Of a stretch of DNA of 14,758 nt, positions 1 through 9,623 are shown one piece after another. The notes under the pieces were generated by a model. The model ran no database searches, was not told the DNA's origin, and saw nothing but the letters and a program-made list of their open reading frames with translations. The translations under genes and the position numbers were made by a program. The DNA comes from Paraphysomonas bandaiensis (Eukaryota; Protista; Chrysophyceae): NCBI GenBank assembly GCA_965644295.1, contig CBFFRP010000601.1, positions 1 through 14,758 on the forward strand, in the 5' to 3' direction. Within the stretch, counting starts at the first letter, position 1. Every line of letters begins with the position of its first letter.

Positions 1-134
1 TCAATATACTATATCGCCTCGTACTCTATATCGGCAATTGAAGAAGCAGTGGTCGTTAGCGAGTACAATGGTAATGCATCTCTGGACATATTGTTCAATT
101 TTCACGATAATCTGCTCGCTTACAAGTATGTTCG
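1..134 (+). other. Possible exon fragment entering from the window edge
   Basis: Frame +1 is open from base 1 (SIYYIASYSISAIEEAVVVSEYNGNASLDILFNFHDNLLAYKYV) up to a GTATGT donor-like site at 135. I found no downstream exon and no recognisable motif. Confidence 0.2.
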
Positions 135-1050
135 GTATGTGTGCTGCAATCACATTAAGATGGCAGTTAGGAGCGAGCTGCATCTCCTCTCAGCAACCAC
201 ACTGTATACCGTATATACTGTATATGATGTATTTGCAGTATTCCTCTATTGTATGTATGCGTCTATATCACTCGTAGGTATACAGTATCAGTATACTGTA
301 CCCTACACTGTATAAATACAGGAAGCGAATACTGAACCAATGCTTTCCCTATTCTCAATGCTGATTGGTCGAGTGCCCATTATCGTTTAGATGAGCAGCA
401 GTTGAGAGTGTATACGGCAGAGTCCATACATTAATGTGTAGAGTATGAAGAAGAAGAATTCTCCAAGAATATTCATAAATATCGTCACTCCTTCGCAGAA
501 AATTTGGATTTAGTCACTGTGTGGCTGTCAACGCCCAAGCGCATCGTCATTCTTTTTAGTTAAGCTTGTTCTCTCTTTGTTGGTTGTTGTAGCTCGTCAC
601 CTTTTCTGTTTAGTACTGAACTGCATAGCTGGTGAGTTGTGCTTTAGTTTCTTGGGGTGCCGAGAAGCATTTAGTACTGCAGAAGTAGTATAGGTTAATA
701 ATAAGCAGCATTCTCTCTGTTAAAGCGAGTTTTAGCTTATTTAGAGTTTGGCTCTCAGGTCCCAACCTGAGTTCCATTGCAACGTAGGTCCCATCGGTAT
801 CGGTATGCCTACCGTGAAAGGGCTGCTGCTAGGCGTATGTGGGAACGCTCCGTTCGATGCCCCGAGGGACAACAATCAAACCTGGCTGTGTCACAACCGA
901 TCGTTCGTTATTGAGGGGTATCATTAATATGAGTTTGAGCAACCAAGTGAAATCGTCGTCAAGCGAATATGTAGGAAGAGAGACAGTTGCACAGCGAATG
1001 TACGATATCCAATACACGGATAATGAAAATCCCGATCTCGGTCGTGTCAA

Positions 1051-1470
1051 AACTTCGTACAAACACAATATATTGCTACTTGGAATTTATTGGTAAATCA
1101 TATGCAAAGGGCGGATAAAGTCATCATTGCGGACGCATATATCACACAACGAACCATTTCATTTGTAAATTCGGTGGCGTCACCATGATCCGAAATACAA
1201 CGTTGCCAAGTAATCAAACGACAATCATAGTAGAGGATGATGTCATGAATGAAGTATTACTTCAGAACTTGAGTCAGGGTAAAAGGATATATGCCGTGTT
1301 TTCTTCAAAAAATCGAATGAATCAAGTGAATTCTCTGATTGCTAAACAATTCAAAGATAAAAAAGTACTTGTTTACCAGGGGGTTCAAGGGTGCGAAATG
1401 AAAGAGTCCGTGTTTAATATAAACACGACGTGGGCGGATGCGGATATAGTTTACCTGTAACACCAAGAGT
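1051..1470 (+). pseudogene. Frameshifted fragment resembling a replication origin-binding protein (UL9-like SF2 helicase of large DNA viruses)
   Basis: Frame +1 (1051-1188) reads NFVQTQYIATWNLLVNHMQRADKVIIADAYITQRTISFVNS. After a frameshift, frame +3 (1185-1460) reads LLQNLSQGKRIYAVFSSK...KKVLVYQG...FNINTTWADADIVY. These match, in order, the central motifs I recall from origin-binding helicases (xKVIxxDA..T..F; GKxIxxFSS; VLxYxS; NVNxxWxxxDVxxYT). Walker A/B and motif VI are absent. Confidence 0.6.
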
Positions 1471-2255
1471 ATTTAGTCTGGATCACTAGGTCCTTTAATC
1501 CCATCTTTGATTGTCGGGCCTTGAGGACCGCAAACCGCAGACCCTTTTCCACCTGATATCGATTTTTCGAGTCTTTATCCATTTTTAGTTTATCGTCACT
1601 CTTCATGTCTGTATGTGTACAGATGGTTCCTTCACCTCTCGTTTCCATGGGATCGCTGTTAAGCCTTTTCATGTTTCTCGTTGCTCGTGATGACCGCATC
1701 TTCTGGCATAATGTAAGCCGATAGGACTCGCCAATGAACAAAAAATCCCCGCTCCACAGGCTGAGAAGTATGGATTTGGACAGTGGTGAGGGGTGCCCTA
1801 TTCCGACTGCGTGACCACACTGTAGGCTCTCTGGTACACCACATGTAACACCGAGATTTCGCACTGCTTCTACCACCCGCCTACCTATGTACCAACGTAG
1901 CTGACCGCAGATTGCCGCCCTACCGGTGTCTTAATCAACACCAACGCTTTACTAGGACACGCTCTCGGAATGGGGCAGTATGAACTTCAGCTAATGGATG
2001 TACGAAACATAGTAAGACTGGGCAATGATCAAATTGTAGAGGCAGGAGCACGAGCGTAGAGATGAGATGGCTGCTATGCAGCACAGCACCACTAATATGT
2101 CTGCTAATGTGCCTCACACAACACACATGTAGCTCACAGCATTCCTGCTGTGTCTCATTGTCATGTATCACTACACCAGGATGCAGTCGATTTTAAATTT
2201 TCTGATAAAATATTCATATATATATTATTATTTATAACGTCATAGTTTAGGTTTG

Positions 2256-2278
2256 TATATATATATATATATATATAT
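2256..2278. repeat. (TA)n microsatellite
   Basis: About 11 perfect TA units within an AT-rich tract. Confidence 0.9.
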
Positions 2279-3255
2279 TCACAAGCGATAAACTTGTAAG
2301 ACAGACATATTAACATAACGCTTTCATCACTCCAAATTTCCCTCTATATCTGTACAGTATCCGACCGACTGACTGACTGACCCCTAAGTCAGCCATCGTT
2401 ATATATTGTCAACTGTGGAAGTTGAATCCATTATCTTTGACAGCAGGCAGAATCCAACAGCAGGACATGTAGACATGTACACCCAGCAGTGTACTGCTGT
2501 ACTTCTACTGTGTACTGCACTATTGTTGTACTGATGTACAAGAGCAAAATAATGCATTGGTACGAGAAAAAGTGACAAGATTCAACATACGTTGCTATTT
2601 TTCAGTTTAGTACATTTGTAGTAGGATACGGATACGGTCTAGAATAATGTACACCAAAATATGCATGAGTACACGAGAACAGTATTATGACTGTGGGGAT
2701 ACCTGGGATACATCATAATTTCTCGTCACTGATAATATGATTATATCAGTAGCATAACTCTCCTGGAAGCTGAAGTTGAAAGCCAAATATAAAAGTCAAA
2801 CTTCCGCAATGCATTTTTGTGTATGAACTTCAGCTTATACCTAAGAAAAAAGAATTGAAAGCAGAGATAATTTCTGGTTACATCGCAAACACTCGAATGT
2901 ATGTCAAGATTTGCCTTCGATGCCTACCTGCAGTGTGTAGACCAATAAAGAGCAACGGGCCTGTAGTACTGACGACCGCAGTGCGATCCGTACATTTTTC
3001 TCTTATCATAGCCCAATGAAATACGGTGTAGTAGTACTGTATTATTATCTCTGCTGCCGGTCCACACTGTGGAACTTTCTTCAAATGTCCTTTTTGCGAT
3101 CTCTTTGACTTCGCTCTTTCTTTTTACTTCCTCGATCTCTTCATAATATACGAATATACGACACAGCAGTACACTATACGACTGATTGTCAATCCATTGC
3201 ATACACATACGTTGATTCCTTAGAAGAAGAAGAAGATTGAATTAGTCCATTGAAA

Positions 3256-6200
3256 ATGATAAATGAAGTAGAGTCTGGTGAGCCCTCTATACTGCTATGT
3301 ACATGATGTGATTTCATTGCAGTGGATTTGTCTCTGGCAAAACTTCCCGGAAGATTTGTGTGGAATCGAGGAAAACGCGAATGGAGAACAACGATCCCAG
3401 TAATTCTGCGTAATCTTGCACCGAGATCTGGTTTCGATCCTCAAGAGGTGTGGAAGCGTGAGCAAAAGTTAGAAGAGGAAGAACGTCAGGCTCAAAACAA
3501 CGCACCAGCCCCCACGAATCAGAACAACGCTGCACAAAACATCATTGCTCAGAACAACATGAATATGGAAGCGGTGAGTACGGTTTATATCCGCATGAAG
3601 AATTGTTAAACTGTTTGCAACAGACACAGCAGAGGAGAGACAGGGAGCGTATAACTTCAATGAGACGGCTTGGCGGTGCAGCGTAAGTATTGCGGTTTCG
3701 ATTTATCCCGTAAATTTCCCATCGCAGCGCGCTAGTAGGTATCAGAGAGATGATCATGTCCCGCCTTGGTATGCTGGAACTCTTACTGGAGATCCTTAAC
3801 GTGGCTGTTCAAACGAGAGAGAAAACCTTGGCCTTCGATGTCTTCTGGGCTATCGAAGCCAATTCACTCTACCGCAATGTTAGTTAGCACTTTTTCCACT
3901 TTTCGTGAGATAATCTTCGTGCAGGCGAAGCAGGAGCTTGATAATCGCAGGCGGTTGCGAGACCGCGGAGCTCGCAGGCTACCGGAAAGGAGTCCGGAAG
4001 GAAGATTGCTATCCACGCATAAGACGGCACTCAGGACGGTACTCTCAACTATAATATATATATTGTTTTGAATGTGGAAATAACAACGACCGTAGGTGCA
4101 GAGATGGCGTTCTGAGGAGGATATGATCGTCACCCAGCTTACTGTCATGTCTGACCGACTACCTCCGTTGTCTCCATTTACGTCAGACTTCCGCCTAGAT
4201 GAATGGCAGAAACGCGTTCTCCGCCTCATAGATGCTGGCAAGAGTGTAGTGATCAGTGCCCCGACCTCCTCCGGTAAGACCATTATATCCACCTACGTTG
4301 CGACTCTGGGACGTATGCTTGGCCACAAAGCCCAACCTGTTACAAACAATGGGGGGCATGAAGTGAACGAGGGAGATGGGGTAGAGGTGGGTACTGTTGA
4401 GCGCAAGGACAGAGTTCTCTTCGTTGTGCCCACAGAGCCTTTAGTATGGCAGGTGGCAGCGCATTTTGCGAGACACATTCTCTCTGGAAATGTGGCGCTG
4501 GTCACTGATCAGATGACTTACAGTCCCCACGGAAGGATTGATGAGCCCCCTGCCGTCGTAGTCGGCACCCCTAAAGCGCTGGAGTCGGCGATGACCAAGA
4601 TAAGGGGCCGTAGCAGTTACCTTGAGCTCGACTATAGGGTAGACAGGGCACAGATGGTAGGCGGATTCGACCATTATGGGTGGGTTGTTTATGATGAGAT
4701 TCACGTGCTCGATGGTGACGACGGGGAGGCGCTACAACGGTTGATTCGTTTGATGAATTGTAACTTCCTTGCCCTCTCTGCAACTGTGGGTAATGCAGAA
4801 GAGCTCAGATCCTGGATGGAGCGAGTGCGCGGCGAGCAGATGAAAGTGGAAGTAGTGAACGCCCCTCGCTCTACAAGTGATGTTATAGTTAACATGAACA
4901 ATGGTAATACTAGTCAGGAAACCCCCAAAGAAGCTGTAATGCGGGCGGAGCTTGATGATGCTAACAGACTAGTGAAATATCAGGGCCATGAAGGGAGATT
5001 TCTCAATATTCAAAGGCACATATGGACTCGAAAGAACGATAGTGACGAGTTTCATCTAAGGCTGCTACACCCACTGTCAGCAATTACCGTAGACTTCCTG
5101 AAGAATGATGGGTTCAAATCGTCTAGTCTGCCGATGACTCCCGTGGACAGTTATAATATGTGGTTGGATATGCAAGAAGTGAGTGCGTGTACTGTTTAAG
5201 ATTATAATATCATGAATGGTACTAATGACCTCTTCACTTGTAGCACTATCCTGCCGAGGCCATTGCTGACCTGGATCCGCATCGCTTTTTTTCCGACGAC
5301 GTGTCTACCCGGATCACTTTAATCCAGTCGAAGGAGTACGAGGACGTGCTCAAGCGGCGCTTGGAGGAGCTCGCAGTCTCGCATGAGACTGAGACACAAA
5401 ACTTGCTAGATACCCACACTCTTGAGGATATGCCCCCTGAGTTCAATGTGACAGATATCGTTATGCATCTAAAGGGACAGAGCATGCTTCCTTGCCTCAT
5501 TTTTCACTTGAATGTATTCGAATTAATAGGACTGTTTAAATCTCTCCTGGGCGATATTGAGGAAAGGCAAAGTGTAGCACACCCGGACTACTATACAACC
5601 CTCGAAGAACGGCTGGCCGCTAGGCGCGCTGAGCAGAATATTGTTCTGGGTGGGGCGGAAAACAAGGAGGACATCGTGGAAGCACAGCAGGCTGGTATTA
5701 TTCAGGACACCATAGAGGTCGTTGACTACACTGCACCACATCCCGACTTTGTGGTGACTCCCTCTGGCCCAATCTCATCGAGAGAGTTCAATGATATTTG
5801 CAAAGAGGTTAAGGAGCATGACAGATTCACTGGCGATATTTCGAGACATGCTTTGATGCGAGCTCTCCGCCGCGGTATTGGCCTCTATATTAACGATCAT
5901 CACTTCACTGCGTATCGTAGGGCCATCATGCGCCTGGCCATGCAGGGTAAACTTGGTGTGGTACTGTCCGACTCTTCTCTTGCCTACGGTGTTAATATGC
6001 CATTCCGTACATGTGTATTCTGTGGCGAGATGGGTGGAAAGTTAGACACTCTCATGGCGCAGCAGATGGCTGGGCGCTCAGGTCGTCGTGGACTTGATAC
6101 TCAGGGCCATCTTGTGTACGCTGGGTCCCGTGCTTCCTTCATCAGAGAGCTGATGCTTGCACGTATTCCTGCTATCACAGGACGGGAACCTCGCTACCAT

Positions 6201-7182
6201 ACTCAATTCTTGCAGGAGATGCTTTCGAAACACAGTAACCCCAAGAGATTTTTTGAGGATCAAATGAATCAACTGGGTGGATTGACCCTCAATGACTACA
6301 TCACGGGAAGGACAGATATGCCCAACTTCCGTGAAGTATCTATCGATACTTTGATAGCTCTGAGTCTAGTGGAAGAGTGCGATCACCTCTCGGAGGAGGA
6401 GTTGACCCAGGCCAGGGATGAGGACAATATTGACTTCATGGCGTATGCCACTCCTTCTGGTTACCGTCCGTCCGCCCCACGGGCCAACTGTGCTTTGCTA
6501 TGGTTGATGTGGGAGTTGAGAGAAAATATGCCTGACAGCATTGCCCTTGGTTGCATGTTACCAGAATTGTATGACGAGTTCATTGCAGCTGGAGACAACG
6601 AAGCAGTGCAGAAGTTGTTTCTGCTCTTTCTATTGAATACCGTGGATCGCGTCCCATACAGAGGAGACCTTGGAGAAGGATATTGTAACTACGCGCTGAT
6701 GGATCATCCCTTTGTTGTGAGTAGAGGCCTGCAAGAGCGTCTGGGGGAATGGAATGATCGGCTCGCTGAGGTACAACAGATTATTGATGAATCCGGCGCA
6801 TGCAGAAAAGAGTGGATGAAGCTCGAAGTTCCCCCTGGGCAGCCACTGGATTCCACCTTTTTTAATTATCTTGTTAACCCTGGCCACATTGCTACCCTGC
6901 CACCAATGGTGAAGCAATTTTTGAAAGAGAGATTCTTGAGTATATCCAAGAAGCTGATTTTGATGCACAATAACCTTATGAGAGACACTGCCAGATATGG
7001 TAGATTTGAAAGGCTCACCAGGTTAGTTTTAATGTATCAGTTTAAAAAAATGTTGTAATAACTGTGTAAATACATTTAGGAGAACCTTCACATTTGTGCA
7101 ATACTTGTCGCGGGATCTCATTCAAAACATAGTCAACTTTGATGATGTTTCTGCAGCTGATACTGAAAGGCTGAGACTCTAA
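3256..7182 (+). CDS. Ski2-like / DDX60-like DExH-box (SF2) RNA helicase, 8 exons, about 1186 aa
   Basis: Exons 3256-3277, 3323-3573, 3624-3682, 3728-3878, 3925-4038, 4096-5178, 5244-7021, 7080-7182. All introns are GT-AG (45-65 bp). The exons sum to 3561 nt, one open frame ending in TAA. Motifs: Q (LDEWQ), I (APTSSGKT), Ia (VVPTEPLVWQ), II (DEIH), III (LSAT), V (LAYGVNMP), VI (QMAGRSGRRG). The pattern is typical of DDX60/Ski2-like helicases. The start codon and first exons are less certain than the core. Confidence 0.9.
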
Positions 7183-7846
7183 GGAGTGTTCTCACCGTAG
7201 TCAACTAAAGACAATGGGCGCTATTAATCAGACACTTTGTTAGTTTGAGCATTTGCTACTAACTTGTTATTTTGGAGCATATATTGATGCTTCGAATAGT
7301 TGGAGTTGGTATATTTCAAATTCACCCATTCGTTTTTCATCCGGCTATATTTACACGCTATTTGCGACACGAGTATTAAAAAAAGTGATCCAGTATATGT
7401 ATTTGTTTAGAAGTTGTACCACCTCATTATCATTGCCTTTATTTCTGCACGCAGGTTATATTGTCAATCATGCGAAGCACATTTTCTGAGCCTTTCTTCA
7501 AATTGATAATTAAAGCTAACCATAAGTGTGTTTTTTTATTCCCTCTCATATATCTCATGTATGAGATTTTGTTGGACCAACGAAAAAATCTGTAGCTGTT
7601 AAAAACATCTCAACACTTGCTGTGACTCCTACATTGCTGATCAGCAAATTTAGTATCAAATTAAAGTGCAAGTAGTTGATATTGACTTCTGCCCATTTTA
7701 TTGACCATTTTCAAACAGTTAACATCGTTAAAAGAGAAGTTTATAGCAATTAGACTAGATAAGTCATGTTATTAAATTGCATACACAATTGTGCGTTGTC
7801 AAGTAAAACTTATCAACAAAATGATAATATAATTTGTTCATCATGT

Positions 7847-8210
7847 CAACCACTGATCAACTACCGTAACTTGTACAGTCATATACTTCAGTTTCACAGT
7901 TATAGCTATATATAGTATGTTTGACTATATATATATAGTGTTACAGTTTCTCACATCATATTCCCCGTATTTTAGAGAACTATCTTAGAGAACTATACGT
8001 ATTCCAACGCTAACGTACGTATTGAAACGCATTTTACTTTCTTCTATATATATACCAACCACTGATAAACTTCCGTGTCTTGAATCGTCACGATACTTCA
8101 GGTTCACGGTTATATATAGCTATACTATACAGTATTTTGACTATAATATGTGTTACAGTATTTTACATTGTATTTAACGTACACACTACAGTTTTATCTT
8201 AGAGAAGCAT
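7847..8210. repeat. Diverged tandem duplication, period about 209 bp, non-coding
   Basis: Copies begin CAACCACTGAT at 7847 and 8056. Colinear shared blocks follow: ATACTTCAG, TATAGCTATA, TTTGACTATA, GTGTTACAGT, TCTTAGAGAA. TTAGAGAACTAT is also locally doubled at about 7971-7996. Confidence 0.8.
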
Positions 8211-8311
8211 ATTATATATATTATACCGAAAGACTTATTGTTAGCAATAGGCGTTAAGGATCTGCATCGCTTAGTAGCTAGATGTATGCCAGTCATGCTA
8301 TAGTTAGACGT

Positions 8312-8689
8312 CTACCTGTAACTAACTAGATCTGCCCTTATACTAACTAGAGCAACATAAGTGTGGCTGCCAGCAGTCATTGCCCTATTCGAACCTACTC
8401 TATTTCTAACTACTTGTGGTCTTAAATACATTGACTGAAGTCTATCAGTACGACCATCAATATACTTGACATTATATAATCTTCCATTCACTGCAGTAAC
8501 TATACCATTGAGCCCATGAATATTTCTCACTTTCTCACCCACTTTAAATTGCATTTCATCCTCACCATCAGAACTGCTGAATTCATCGGAGCTTTTACTG
8601 ACACTTTTTTCCAGCTCGTTGTCTGTGACTTCGTGCTCCTCCTCGATGATAGAATTCAATTCATCCTCGTCGCTAGAATTCGATTCCAT
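8312..8689 (-). CDS. Hypothetical protein or gene fragment: acidic N-terminus plus Tudor/SH3-like beta-barrel
   Basis: ORF from MESNSS (125 aa) with a strongly D/E/S-biased tract, followed by FKVGEKV...GIVTAVNGRLYNVKYIDG, a Tudor/KOW-like pattern. It may be a relic rather than an expressed gene. Confidence 0.4.
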   Translation of the reverse strand: MESNSSDEDELNSIIEEEHEVTDNELEKSVSKSSDEFSSSDGEDEMQFKVGEKVRNIHGLNGIVTAVNGRLYNVKYIDGRTDRLQSMYLRPQVVRNRVGSNRAMTAGSHTYVALVSIRADLVSYR

Positions 8690-9623
8690 ATAATTCTTAT
8701 GTTTTCTATACGACCACATCTACCTGCGCGGGCACTACCGCATCCGCCATCTGCACGTCACGCTGCTGTTACAGTCATCTCTACATCGTCAGGTGGAAGG
8801 TCCTCCGGAGCGTAGTCGACGGGAATTTGATCAGATGGGAATTTGGTCTGCCCCATTCTGAGCGCGTACTTAGGTAGAGCCGGGTGGGGGCCAGGTGGGT
8901 ACCTAACTAATACTTGATTTAATTCCCATACGTTATTTGCTAGCTACCTACTGAACCCAACTAGCTACATCATTATCACATGGTATTCAGCGCTGAATAT
9001 GCAGTGAGACCCCGGTTGGGGAACCGCTGAACTAAGCAATGTAAACATAAGTAGATAGCGCGCGGTCGCAACACTCGGTAGCACCCACTAGACGGCCGCA
9101 CGTAGTGATTAGTTACGCTGTCAGTATGGGGCAATAAGGAGTACCGTCCATTGGCCAAATTTTAAATCTCGGGAATTTAAAAATTCTGAACCTTGGACAA
9201 CATAGTCTTATTATTACTCGTGATAAATATGACTATCATACGCTTATGCTATCATATACTTTGGCGCCAGATATATGAGTTACAATACTCTACTCCTTTA
9301 ATATGTTCGCAACATTAGAACGTAGTACGCATAACGACGTCGCTTATCATTCTCCGAATACGACACTTTTTAATATAAATACTCTCATAATAATAGCATT
9401 AATATTTTCATGCCTCTGTAAACCGTCTTACCCATATAAACAGAAATTCAAGAATACTTGCTAAATAACTTACACACGCAAAGTTTACGAATTTGAGCAG
9501 CACATAGGCAAGATTCGACAGAGGTCTTCCAATAGATGTGCTACAGCAGAGAGAGTGAAAAAGGTAATCACACCATTGACTCGTTAACCGAAACAGCCTT
9601 ATAGTGATCCGAAGTGTCCATTT

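Noticed and set aside
839-1096. 85-aa ORF as the N-terminal part of the origin-binding helicase relic
   Set aside because: It lacks Walker A/B motifs, and the resemblance starts only at about 1050 in another frame.
1451-1876. 141-aa minus-strand ORF
   Set aside because: It has a non-ATG start and no recognisable domain or splice structure, so it cannot be supported as a gene.
1724-2059. Stop-interrupted frame (FGQW...ALGMGQ) faintly resembling the minus-strand fragments at 8850-9160 (FGQW...ALRMGQ)
   Set aside because: Only two or three very short matches with inconsistent spacing, which is compatible with chance without a scored alignment.
1978-2835. Exact 15-bp direct match GTATGAACTTCAGCT at 1978 and 2821
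   Set aside because: It does not extend on either side, and a single match of this length is plausible by chance in 15 kb.
2819-3208. Short ORFs upstream of the helicase as extra exons or a divergent gene
   Set aside because: No consistent splice path or protein motif was found.
4096-7058. Two separate helicase genes or a broken pseudogene (367-aa and 585-aa ORFs)
   Set aside because: A canonical GTGAGT...TAG intron (5179-5243) joins them, so this is one intact gene.
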